From the NCBI RefSeq assembly GCF_009914755.1, contig NC_060931.1: a stretch of DNA of 64,000 nucleotides, one strand, 5' to 3'. Within the stretch, counting starts at the first letter, position 1, and the number at the start of each line of letters is the position of its first letter. This document shows, piece after piece, positions 16,663 to 29,844 of the stretch. The position numbers and the translations under genes are program-made. This DNA is from the human T2T-CHM13v2.0 reference genome, Homo sapiens. The notes beneath the pieces were generated by a model. It was not told where the DNA came from. It was given only the letters and a program-made list of their open reading frames with translations, and did not search any database.

Positions 16663-17899
16663 ATTTGCGGAGAAAAAGGCAAGGGGCAACTAGGAGAAAG
16701 AAGGGATTTGGGAGGAGAGTAGAAGATGTTGGGTTAGGGCAGAGGTACATCCATTCAGTTATCAGGCCCCAACATGCTTGCTTCTCTACAAAGAAGAGGC
16801 ACAACGGAGGACACACTTCACCCCTTTAAATGAGTTTATAGATGACTTTTCTATCCTCTTCACCTGTGGCTGGTTGTCTCCTAGCACCTGTTACAAAAGA
16901 CAGTGATACTGACAAGATAATTCTAAACTACTGCTAAGAAATTTGGAGAAAGTTATCATTATGATCCTGAGGATGAAGCTCTTCATTTCTTCACCAAGTT
17001 GAAAATGTGGCTTGAGGAAAAATATTTCTGCTTTCACTTTGGCCTTGTTTGCCCTGAGGCCATGTGTAGCTGAGCACAGCCAAATGAGACTGACTGAAAA
17101 AATCTGGTATAGACAGTGCAGTTGAACAACAGCCAGGCCATGAAATGGAGTCCCAGAAATTCAAGCTCTTACTTAGTTGATGCTGACAGCTGAAAAGAAT
17201 AGTTTTTTTGGTCTTGCATGCACTTTTCTGCACTATATAAACCATATCTCTAGGTCACTTACGTTGACCTGGCTTTGTTACAAAATGTGTGACCTCTTTA
17301 AGTGTCTCAGTTTTGTCGGTAAAATGGTTGTGTATGACAGCTCTTGGGACCACCCTGGTCTTTCCACCTGTCCTCACACCTTTCACCCCAGAATATTCTG
17401 CCCTGTAAGAGCTATCTAATTAAGACACTTTGTTCTCTGGCTCCAGCTGTTTCAGAGAATCCTGGCAATATGCCGCCCTCATTTTTTTGAATTCTTAAGT
17501 CCTACATTTATTAAATTTGTCAGATTTTCTCAACCCTGTACAGACATAGTGAATGTGTGTACACATGGGTGGTATTTTTAACCTAGTCTTAACCACTGAT
17601 TTTTCTTGTGATAAAAGTGATGTCCTGAGACATTTCAATTGTTGTGGTATCATGCTAGTTAATAAATACTCGGATATCATATGACAAAATTATATTATCG
17701 GCAAAGGCAAACATCTATAGATAGGAAGATGATGCTGGAAGTCCTCATTTACACATGTTATGCTAATATTTTCTACCAAAAATTATCACTGACATTGAAG
17801 ATCACTTGAATCTCAGAGCATTTATGGATGGCACTTCATAATTTCAGCGTCGTAACTTAGAATACTCTATTCTTTTATTAATTTTGAATTTCTTAATAT

Positions 17900-18040
17900 T
17901 ATTCATCAGTTTCATCATCTGCAAAAGGCAGATAATAATAATACCTATTCCTAGGTTTGAACATGAAATTTAAACAAGGTAATCCATAAAATCACAGTTG
18001 CTGGCAATTAGTAAGCATCCCATTAATGTTAGCTTTATTG
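17900..18040 (+). mobile_element. MIR SINE fragment
   Basis: MIR core cagtttcatcatctgcaaaaggcagataataataatacct ... tagtaagcatcccattaatgttagct. Confidence 0.7.
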
Positions 18041-18240
18041 TCATGATATTTTTACTTATTCTTTTATAAAGTCTTCAAACCACAATGTTGACAATGTTCA
18101 AATGCATTCAATAATTGTTTAATTAACATCTAAATATCAATCAAGTTGCTTCTATGTGTTTTAACACATACAGCCTAATCTCAGCATGCCAGCTGAATTA
18201 CTAAGAAAAGATAAACTCTCTTTATTATTGTGATTTCTAT

Positions 18241-18900
18241 TGTTATAGCTCATTTCTAACTTGGTCTTGAGGCCTCTCTCTTAAAAGTGGCCATAACCAA
18301 GATAGCCACTCTTTAGGAAAGCTCTGACTAGTGAAAAGTTAGGCTCAGATTGAAATGTGTTGGTCAGGCAAGACAGAATGAGAAGGTAAAACCAAATGCA
18401 TGGAACATAAGAAATGTATTACTTACAGGTCTCAGGGAGGTTAGGGGTGCCAACGGGAAGCTGACGGAAGTCTGGAGGTGGTAGGGAACTCAACCAACAA
18501 GCGAGGAGTTAGAGGGTGAGAAAGAGCCAGGGAAAGGATCCGTGGAACTGTGAGTTTGTAAGGTCCACGGGCACAATCCTTTAGGCTTTCCTGTGGGGGT
18601 TGTGGATTGGCTAGTTTAAAAACAAATGTTTGCACAGGGGGATCTTATTTACATGATTCTAGTGTTAACCATTGGGTTCTATCATGGGCAGCAGCTGTCG
18701 GGTATGTTGGGTTTTTTTTTTTTTTTTTTTTTTTCAGTGATTAAAATGAGGAACAAGTGGCTATTTGTAAGCACTCACACAGGGAGAGGATTTTTTTTTA
18801 CCACACTGAAGGTGACAGGGTACAGTTGCATTTCAAACAACTTAAGTCAGGCCTAAAAATGGATGTCAAGGCAGAAACTATATTAATCAATTTTATGACA
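18241..18900. mobile_element. Probable solitary ERV LTR (family not identified)
   Basis: Begins TGTTATAG, ends TTATGACA; GC-richer than flanks, with ATTGG box; no clean TSD seen. Confidence 0.4.
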
Positions 18901-20120
18901 ATTATGGTTCCACTGCTTTAACCTCATTGACCCCTAATTGTATTTCTCACTTCAGATTCCTTTGCGAAGCAGCCAGGGCATCAATCAACTAATCAATCAA
19001 GTAAATACTTGCTTCTCATCTCCTTCTTCTTAAATATATCTACATTCTCAAGACATCTACATTGATCAACTCATCTCAAAAACTAATAGCAGGTGTTTAT
19101 TTCATTATTTACTGCATTCAAATGCATATATATCTGCCTCAATCTCTGCTATTCCCAAGCTTCAACTCTTGGAATCAATCTGTGGATTCTTTTTTGGATA
19201 TTATTCGTATGTTTCCACCCCCAAACCTATAGAAAAGTCCTTCTTCTACCACATTAACCTTTCACAATTCTATACTACACAGTCCATTCTAGGCTCCTCC
19301 TAGAGCAGAAGCCTCCCCTGATTACTACACTGAAGTCTCCATTCTCTAAAGTTCTGACGACTTAGGTGGCATAGGACAAAAAGCAGACGTGTTTTTTTCA
19401 GTCCTAAACAAGCTGCTTGCTAGCTGCAGAAACTCTGAGCTTATTTTCCCATCTGTAAAATTCATAGCAATGTCTACCAAATATCACTGTGCGAAATAGA
19501 GGTGATAATGAATGAATAGGACTGAAATAGCATCTTAATAGAACAAGGTAGATTTTTCATCACGTTCTCTTGTGGCCATTGTGATAGAGACCAAATTTTT
19601 TGACTGTTGTTGAAGTGTCATCTTGTATTAGTAAGTATTTTATATTTGCCTTAGCTTCCTTTTGGAGAATAGATATGATGTTATTCATTTCTTATATGCG
19701 AGTACATGGTATAATTTTATTTGCTTGCCTGATAAATTTTAGTGAGTGTTCTACTTAATGGAAATTCTATAGGTATTCAAAGCAATAAGTGTGCATTTTC
19801 TAAAATCTGTATTATTTAACAGATGATGCCCTATTCATTACATATTAGTGTCTATAAAGATTCATTATATACTATCAAAAAGGGAAGGCCCCAAACCAAT
19901 TCCACACAGGCTTATTAAGCAATTAAGCACCTGTTTGGGGGCTGGCACTGTTCTAGATATAAGGCATAAAAAAGCGATTGAGATATGAAGTTTACACTCT
20001 ACCTGTGCTTTTTTTTTTTTTAATGAAAATATTTCAAGGCAGCCCAAAAAGGGCTTTTATGGTTTCTTTGTCTGATTGAAAATGAAAAACAAGTGCTGAC
20101 AATCTCAGAATCCGTTAAGC

Positions 20121-20134
20121 ACGCCCCCTGCTGT
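20121..20134 (-). promoter_or_regulatory. Candidate CTCF binding site
   Basis: Minus strand ACAGCAGGGGGCGT vs core consensus CCAGCAGGGGGCGC; occupancy not testable from sequence. Confidence 0.55.
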
Positions 20135-21918
20135 TCATTGGCTACAAATATTTTTGTCTCCACCCACCATAGCCACCATCGTGGTGGCTATGGTAGCGAC
20201 AGTGGAGTTTAACACTCTTTAAGGAGAGGTAAAGACATCAATCAACCCTTTCCTCGTTTTTCCTCTTCATCAAATTCATCTTCCATAAGTATTTTTATCC
20301 AAAAATATCCATACTTACTCCATTCCTAAGAAGGAAACTCAATGTGCCACCATTTTCAAAGCCTCAATGCCAGCTTTTGATGAAGGCATCTCAGGAGAGT
20401 TCAGAAATCCCCTTTGTAGGAAAAGTCTTCCTTATTTTACCTGGCATAGGAAAGCAGTTATCTGTGGTGTAGGGGGTTCCATCGTGAGGAGTTGGAACAG
20501 CTCTGGAATCACTGCTTTAATGCTGACCCCATTGCCCCAGTTAAAGACTAAGTTCCCACATAAACTGAATTGTGAATTTCACTCTTCTGAAAAAGGATAT
20601 TTTACCACAAACTCCATTCTCTAAGCTTTCCTCATTCACTTAGACAGCTTGTTTCTAAATGCAGGATAAAAGTGCCATCATTTTTGCAATAAATAAAATC
20701 AGGATTAAGTAATAGAGTCATTAAGGCAGCTGGTCTTTGCAAATAGTTGGTCTTAATCATGTGGCAATTTATCTTTAGTAAGGTTATTTACTGTGGACTC
20801 TCATCCATAAAAGCAGTTTGCATCCTCAGTTGTTTAGAGTCGCTGTCCTTATGACCCAGCCTGACTTAATCTAAAGCATCCATGCAGCAGGGTCTTTAAT
20901 CACTCTTTGATTTTCATCTATGATTGTTTTAGTTCTCAATATTGAAACCTATGCTATTTCTTCTTCTGGACATTACTGGGTAACAAATCCCTTGTTCTGA
21001 CAGTTTCTGCATATTGTATAATAGCTCCAGCACCACCTCTAATGCTCTCTTCTAGCTTCTATTTGACCTCATTTGGTGTTCTTTTTTCCTTCTGGACCAC
21101 ACTACTCCCCCAATCCGTCCTTGCTGTAAGGGGATGAATACTGCCTTATAACACTCCTTCCCCTTATTTCAGAAATGCACTCCAGGAGGGAGCTATTGCT
21201 TATATTTCTGTGTGAATGAAAGTCAATACTGAAGTCTACTAGACTTTAAGTCTAAAAGAAAGTCTACACTTTTAAAAAATATGTTTCGTACTGCTAGTTG
21301 ATCTTCCTATTTTCTTTATTTCCATTCTTCCTCTCAAAAAGCCTCTAAAATATAGACAGAAATATGTTATGTTGAATGAAAATCGCTCGTGTCACATCAT
21401 TGGCCTCCAATAGTTTTTATAACCCTTAGAATCAAATCTGAACTTCTCACCACGGCCATCAGGGGCCAAGGGACTTGGTTTCTCCACCTTCTGAATCCCA
21501 TCTCCTCCATATCCTTTGCTTTCTCACTTATATCCAGCCACACATGTTTTCTTTTCTTTTCTTTTTCTCACATCTGCCAGAATTGTTTTTACCCTGGAGC
21601 CTTTTACTGGCTTGTCCCTCTGTCTGGAATGCTCTGTTTCCTAATTTTTGCATGATTCCCTTACCTTTCTTTAATTTTCTTCATAGCACTTTCCTGAACC
21701 TAACCGATTACATAATTATTTGTTTGATTCGGTTAACTTAAAGAAAAAATACAAAATTTATAACTTTAGGTAAGCAGAAGGGGATACTTTATTTCTCACC
21801 AAGGGTTGCAGCCTGCAGGGTGTCCATTCTGAAAGGGTGGGAAATATAGCCTCCAGTCAGAAGCCAGAATCAGATACTTCCATGGAGGGGCAGAGGGAAC
21901 AGGAATTTATACCAAGTA

Positions 21919-23639
21919 GCTAATTTCAGAAGACTGGCTACTGGACCCTTACCTTTTACCATATACAAAAATCAACTCAAGATGGATTAAAGACTTAAGT
22001 GTAAAACCTAAAACTACAAAGATCCTGGGAGAAAATCTAGGAAACAACATTCTGGACATTGGCTCAGGCAAGACTTCATGATGAAGACTCCAAAAGCAAC
22101 TGCAACAAAAACAAAAATTGACAAGTGGAACTTAATTAAACTAAAGAGCTTCTGCACAGCAAAAGAAACTACCAGCACTGTAAACACACATCTACAGAAT
22201 GGGAGAAAATATTTGCAAACTATGCATCTAACATAGGTCTAATATCCATAATCTATAAGGAACCCAAACAATTCAACAAGCAAATACCAAACAACCATTT
22301 AAAAATGGGCAAAGGACATGAGCAGACACTTCTCCAAAGAAGACATACATGTGGCCAAGAAGGATATACAAAAAATGCTCAATATCACTAATCATTAGGG
22401 AAATGCTAATCAAATCCACAATGAGATACCATCTCACACCAGTCAGAATGGCCATTATTAAAAATTCAAAAAACAACAGATACTGGGGAGGTTATGGAGA
22501 AAAGGGAATGCTTATACACTGTTGGTGGAAATGTAACTTAGTTCACTCCTTGTGAAAGCAGTTTGGAGATGTTGGGAATAACGCTCAAAATCCTAAGGAA
22601 ATTGAACACTCAAAGGATTCTTAGCACAGCAATTATACTTCTGCGCAGAGGGGTGCTTCTCCTTGGCCAGTTGCCATGAGAGCACCCCTGAACCAAGGGG
22701 CATGAGAGCCTTTATTCCTGACGCAAGTCCTGCCCCTGTACCCTTTCCCCATTGGCCGGGGTCGGGCCGTACAATCTAAACTAATTCCGGTTGGCTAAAC
22801 ATTGGAACTTTTTTTTAGATAAGGTCGGCACGTAAGGGAGAGAGGGGAAAACGGGACGGGGTGTCTCCAATGAGCTAGAGAGCTAGTCTTCTTTCCACAT
22901 AAGGAAAGGAATGTGAGCTGGTACTGATAACGCCTGGTACTGTGGCACGTCTGGGCATGTAACAAAGGCAGAAAGGAAGAAAAAAAAGAAAAAGGGAAAA
23001 GGGATGGGGGGTAGTATGAATAAAAAAATAAAGGATTGATCGGGCTATTTGAAGAGAAACCTCATCATATCCCACAGGAGATTTCTCAAAGAAACTACAA
23101 CAGAACTACCATTTGACCCAGCAATCCCTTACTGGTTATATACCCAAGGGAAAATAAAGCATTCGACCAAAAAGACACATGCACTTATATGTTCATCGCA
23201 GCTCTATTCACAATAGCAAAGAAATAGAATCAACCTAGATGCTTATCGATGGTGGACTGGATAAAGAAAATGCGTTAAATAACACCACGAAATACAATGC
23301 AGCTGTATAAAAAGAGATCATGGCTCCATGGGTGGAGCTGGAGGTCATTATCCTAAGTGAATTAACATGGGAACAGAAAATCAAATCATGTTCTCACTTA
23401 TAAGTGCGAGCTAAACATTGAGTAGACATAGACACAAATAAGAGAACAATAGACACTGCGGTCTATTTGAGAGTGGAAGGCGGAATGAGGGTGAGGATTG
23501 AAAAACGACCTATAGGGTACTATGCTGATTACTTGGGTATCAAAATTATCTGTACACCAAATCTCCACAGCACAATTTAGCCACTTAACAAACCTGCACA
23601 TGTACCCCTTGAACATACATAAAAGTTGGATAGAAAAAA
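21919..23639 (+). mobile_element. 5'-truncated L1 (L1PB/old L1PA-like), ORF2 3' end and 3'UTR
   Basis: ORF2 C-terminal homology ([22 protein letters not shown]); 18-bp TSD at 21901-21918 and 23640-23657 (1 mismatch). Confidence 0.9.
22570..23076 (-). mobile_element. ERV1 solo LTR, LTR10-like (507 bp), inserted into the L1
   Basis: TG...CA termini; perfect 5-bp TSD GGAGA (22565-22569, 23077-23081); removal restores L1 gtttggagatttctcaaag; minus-strand AATAAA near 22711-22716; family name from memory. Confidence 0.8.
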
Positions 23640-24299
23640 AGGAATTTATGCCAAGTAAGGTGGCCAAATATACATATTCAATAAGCTATGGAAAGAGTCA
23701 CGAATACCTGAAAGTAGAAAGGTGCACATGCGCAGTTGAGCTTCCTGCATCTCCATGTTCATAAAATGGTGACGTAAGGGTGGAATTTTTGACCCTCTGA
23801 CATCCAAAGATGAAGCAGAGGACACAAAATCCCTTACTGTACAAGCTCTGTTGACTCACCAGAACCACTCCATGACTGTGGTCTCTTAATCAGGCAAAAC
23901 AAAAGAGAGGCAGCATCAGGTAGTTGGTTGATATCAATAGTGGAGTCACTTAAAAGGGTTGGTTCCTGTTTAGCCCTTAGGGAAGATAGGCTAATCGTAG
24001 TGAGTGAGGGAGGGGCCTAACACCCTCATCCCATCAAGACTGAGAATTTCATTTTCAAGTTTACTCTGGGGTCCCCTTGGTCAAGAGATCGTCTGTTTAG
24101 TCAGTTGTAGGGTTTAGGATTTTATCTTTATTTCTCATTTCTTTATTTTCTTCTCCTCTAGAAAGGAGGCTTTACAACAGCAGGGACTTCACTTTGTTCC
24201 CTGCTATGACCTCAGTGACTGAAATACTGCCAGGTGCATAGGAAATGCTAAATGACTATTTGATGAAATCATGAATAAATGATATTTCCAAAATCAGAG

Positions 24300-24510
24300 G
24301 CATGGTAATAAAAACAGCCAACATTTGTCTGATACTCATATTATGTCAGGTAAGTTCTAAGCACTTTACATGGATTATCTCAATTAATCTTGACAGTAGT
24401 CCCATGAGATTGATATTATGATAATGATCTCAGACGTGCAAAACTAGGAAGTACTAAGAAAGCAAGCTAAAGCAAGGTGTTCTGACTTCACAGCCTGAGC
24501 TAGATGCTAC
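24300..24510 (-). mobile_element. MIR SINE fragment
   Basis: taataaaaacagccaacatttg...gttctaagcactttacatggattatctcaattaatctt. Confidence 0.65.
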
Positions 24511-26076
24511 CTAGAGTCCTAGAAATCCTATTTCAAAGGCTGCTGTATATAGAATCTGTCCAAATGATCTGACTTTCCTAATAGATATTCCTGAGGGGGA
24601 GTCTTGATGATGAAGTATAGAAGACGCATAAAATTTGTAGCCAGACTCATTGTTTTTCACATTTTTTGGCCTGTAGGAAGTTATTAAACTCAGGCAAAGT
24701 CTCCAAATGCTTCCAACCCTCATTTGTAAAATAGATTAATAGCATATCCTTCAGAAGATCCTGTGAAAGAAGATATTATGTATAGTGTGTGTGTTTACAT
24801 AGAAATGCTCACTAAATGGCTATCTTTATGAGGAGGATGGTGGTGGAATTTGTGGTGGTGCCATGACTGCTGCAGATGAGAGGTGCATAGCACAGTGGTT
24901 AGCATCTCTACCAGACTGACTTCGACATGCTTGACCATGCCTGAGGACTGGCCAGGATAGAACTGACAGGAGGCTATGGTATGGGGTATCCAGGAGTCTT
25001 AGGAAAAGCCAAGCTCCTCATGTGGAGGATAACAGCTGACATCCAGGATGAATAAGTCTAAGCTCCAGAGAAGTCACCTCAAGGTTTCTAGGCAGATGGA
25101 GAAGGAATTCAGCTTGAGGAAGGAGTCAAGAGCCTTATCTTGGTTTGAAAAAAAAAAACAAAAAAAAAAACAAAAACAAGTAAGACCCACAAGGTTCATG
25201 TCCTGATAATGATTATCAGATCATCTGCCTGCCAGTGCCAGGGGGATAAGGAAATAGGAGCAATAAAAAAGATAGCAAATGGTCACTGGAACTTCTGGAT
25301 GAGCTAAGGGGCTTTGTAAAGCATGTAATAATAGCACCAATTAAACTAATAATAATATCTTAATCACGTGGCAGGAATGTGATTTTATCCTCACAACCAC
25401 CATATGAAGGGAATAATATTATTATCCCAATTTTTCAGATGAGGACCCCAACAGGCACAGAGAAGTTAAGTAACTTTCCCAACATAACTCAGTTAGCAAA
25501 TGGCTGCTGGGAGTCTGTATAAATAGAAGAAACAGAGGATTATCCTGGGAAAACCAAGGAGATGGCCTCATTGAGCCAGAGAGCCCAACAAAGGCACAAA
25601 TGAAAATATTGGTACAAGTATTGAGAAGAATGATGATTTTCAAATCTTTCCTTTGAATAATATTGTAAGAGAAACTAATCACATTGCCAGCTCATTAATT
25701 AAAATAACATTTGATGATAATGCTGTGAGATATAGCCTTCAAAAGATACTTATTTGGACAACAGCTTTATAATGAAACTCCCATCTCCATTTAATTATGT
25801 AAGTACAGTTGCTTACTGTTTTCATATCTACAAAAATTAGAAATAGCATTTTCATTGAATTTAGTTTCATGCTCTCAAGTAAACTTCATCCACAAATAAT
25901 TTAATTAATGGACAAAGAAAGAAGCTCCATTTATCTTATTAAATAAATATATTTTCATTTAAGATTTTTACTTTTTAATGATTTTCAAAATTTAGAATAT
26001 ATTTATGTCCTTTGGTCAAATTGTGATGATTTATAATTTTAATTCCAAAAAAAATGTTAATACTTAGAGGGTTATA

Positions 26077-26418
<342 letters not shown>

Positions 26419-26685
26419 TAAGAATTAAATATGCATATTTTTGTTGTACATATGTATGATAGTAATCAATAAAAGACCTTAAAATATAAGACTTGCTGTA
26501 TCAGGATAAAAATTTTTGAAGCAAGTAGAACAGAAATGTGAATAAGAATAAATAGAAATAGTATAAAATTTCTGGCTGTTAAAAAATTGTTAAAATTGGA
26601 TCTTTTTTATTATTTTAAAATATGTTGAGTACCAAATTCCTATACTATTTTGATTTCATTGTTGTCATTTAAAAAGAGATGTAAC

Positions 26686-26742
26686 TATGTTATTTTAAAA
26701 GTTTGAAATTGATATGTTATTTTAAAAGTTTGAAATTGATAT
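26686..26742. repeat. Perfect 27-bp tandem duplication
   Basis: TATGTTATTTTAAAAGTTTGAAATTGA x2 (26686-26712, 26713-26739). Confidence 0.92.
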
Positions 26743-29700
26743 TTTACTGAAAGTTATATTCTTTGCAACTACTGACACATATAATAAGAAAGTTAGTTTT
26801 TAACTTAAAAATTATTTAGTGGCTACGTAACTTTTCAAAATTCTCTTTGAAGTACTTGAATGACAAAGGTTGAAATCTTCTCAAGCTCATGGGTGATGTT
26901 CAATGGATAATCCTTGCTCCAGAGAACCAAGGCAATGAAGAGTGAGTTGGTGGAGGTGGATGGTAAGCATACAGGGATTTGTGGGTTCTGTTTCTACCTC
27001 ACTTCTGGGTTTGTGTCCTGGGACGGTACAAGATCTCCGAGGGGCAAACAACACAGACATATCTTGGTGGTTTTAGGCCGGAGAGGCTCAAATTGTCTCC
27101 CAGAATGGTGCAGGAATAGCAGAAAAATTCCTATTCCTCTAAAGCGTGTTTGGACATAATGGAAAGCTCACTTGCCCTGAACAGGCTTTCATTAGGAACA
27201 AGAGACAGCAGAAGACCTTTGTTAACTGGTGACAAAGTTAAACAGAAAAACCGATGTTATCATAGATGCCAATATGGATAAATGACATGAAATATCAACT
27301 GAACTATGTAGATGCAATCTGATGAAAAAGAGAAAAATGCTCAAATGAAAAAAATGGTTTTGCTCTCCTGATTGAAAAATAATAGCATATGCTGGAAGAA
27401 CTCCACATATATTATTTTATTCTCACAACACAACTACTACATGGGATAGACATTATTATTATTTCCAATTTTAGAGAAAGTGACAATTCATCAAGAAGGA
27501 TTAAATAACTTTTCCAGTTTATATCATTTATAAGTAGAGAAGCTGGAATGTGAACCTGAAGCAGAAATTGGGGCTCATTTTGGAATAATGTATATACTGA
27601 ATATAGCTGGTTTGTGAATTTGCGGGCATGTAATCTGTATATACACATACACATACATATGTGTACATAAAAACATCACTGGGATTCCGCTGAATGTGCC
27701 AGGCTGGTGTGGCTTGGGTAGCATCTCCTTCATTTTATTGTTTTCTGTGGTCTGCTTTTCCTATACATGAGACAAACTGTCAATACAGAACCACAGCTTA
27801 CAACACTTCCAGTTCACATCAGCTCAAAAGAAGGTAATTTATAGGTCTAATTTCTCTGTTTGACTATTCATGATTTGACAGAGAGGTAAAGATGATTATA
27901 ATTTATCCCCAGAATCAGTAATAAATGGAAAAATTAAAACATATAACTTCTTTTTCTTTTGAGAAGTCCTAAGAAAGTGAGAAATTCCTTTTATCTCATG
28001 TATACTGAAAAATATCCAGAGAAACAATTGGAATGACCTTTTTCATAATTCTATCATATATTCATTTTGCCTTGCAGAAATAATTTTGTGTATGATCTCA
28101 TAAAATCTTTGGGTGACTTTCTTTTCTGTGCATAATTCAGAGGAAAAAAAAACACTAAAGGAATAGAACTTCACACTGCTTTTGTACTTGGAGGTTGAGA
28201 GGTAACCTCACATAAACAGTTTTAATGTGTTTGTTATAATGTCATTCTTTAATAGCATTTTATGTAAGTAACACTCAAGCATGGCAACATAATAGCCCTG
28301 AGAAATACACAATTTAAACTATGTGGAAAGTAGTATTTTATGAGGTGAATAGACAAATACATTAGAGTCACTAGAATGAAGATGGCATTATTATTATTTT
28401 TTTAATCTTGGAGCTAGTTCTTCCACCTCTCAATACCTGTGTACTATGAAGGCAACACTGTTATGAAACCATAAAAATTAAAACATATACCAGAGGTCCC
28501 TTAAGGAAAACAACTTATTGACAATGAATTTCACCAATTGGCATGCATGCCAGTAGAATGTGTTGTGGTTTCAATTTTGCAGAGGGGCCTGCATTCCTGT
28601 GCAAAAGGTGCTTGGCTAAAAGGATACTAGGATAAACTCTTAAGAAAAAAAAATTCCACAGTAATCTGCAGCTTTGTCATCACGCATGGAATTCAATAAA
28701 ATTCTCAATGTCTCTGGTTAAATAAACATTTTTTCTTACTTAGTCTGCTTATTTTTTTTGTCTAGACTAAAGCTTTTTAACAGGCTGCAAAACAAGCTGA
28801 ATGTTTCTTTTGACTTTAGCTAGCAGAATATGTGTAGGAAACTTACCATTTTCTTAAAAAATTTTTCACTTAGTTAAGACATAAATCAGCAGTACATTAA
28901 AATTATAAGAAACACATCAAATATTTTAAGACTCAGGTTAAGGTGAAATATAAGCAAGGGAGATACTGAGAAATAATGAAGCAATTAGGGAGTAGTGCAG
29001 AATTGTTAAGTTGGAAGACCTGTTAAGACAACTTTTAATTTTTGTGGTTTCTTTTTTCTTCACTGACATTATTAAACATTGAAAGCCCAGAGGTAGCAGA
29101 AAGCTGTAATAGGTCTGCCATTCAAATGTGTTAACTGGATTTTGAATTAATCTATGGTTTCTTTCCTCTAATTTATTAAAGGCTCATTTTACATGATAAG
29201 GTGTTACCTGACCCAATGACTGCAGTTTCCCCACCTAGATCATTGGCATTTAACTTGCCATAGAACACAACTGAAACATTCCTTCTTGTTCTAGCAAAAT
29301 GATACCTTCTAAATAAGGCAATTTTAAGACATTTATTGAATACTTACCACGTAAAATGTTCTGTCCTAATGCTTTACTGGTATGAACTTGTATAGCAAAG
29401 GAGGGCAGAGAGAATTGTAAAAATTTCCCAGAATAAGACACTTAGCTTGGATTCAAATTCAAGCAATCTGACTCCAAAGACCATGCATTCCTAAACTGTG
29501 TATTTCTTCCAATGTAGACACAACATACTCTGAATAAGTATCTATAGATGTGAATGGATGTACAATATTAGGGAGAAAACAAATATGTATTTGTTTGGAA
29601 GTATACACAGAAAACAGATAATATTGGATGTCTTTTGGGTTGGGACTCAAATAAATAAGTGCTATTGGTACTGGGAGAGCTTTATATGTGCATTTTTCCA

Positions 29701-29844
29701 CAATTTAAATTTTGAAATAGTGATGCATTACCTTCACAAAAAATGGATAAAGGAATCTTTAAAAATGATATGAATTCAGTAGATTCTATCATGCTAACAA
29801 GTAAGTTAACCCTACGTTAAAAATAAAAGCTAGAAACATAACTG

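Larger units (their letters stand above)
21731..24137 (-). mobile_element. ERV1 solo LTR, MER39-like, split by an L1 insertion (pieces 21731-21918 and 23640-24137)
   Basis: Minus-strand start TGAGAAATAAAGATAAAATCCTAAACCC...GACCAAGGGGACCCCAGAG; the two halves join across the duplicated AGGAATTTAT(A/G)CCAAGTA. Confidence 0.75.
21380..24282 (+). mobile_element. L2 LINE remnant split by later insertions (pieces ~21380-21730 and ~24138-24282)
   Basis: L2 motifs cccttagaatcaaatctgaacttctcacc and gtccctctgtctggaatgctct on the left; L2 3' end gcagggactt...tgttccctgctatg...tgccaggtgcatagg...atgaataaatga on the right. Confidence 0.7.
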
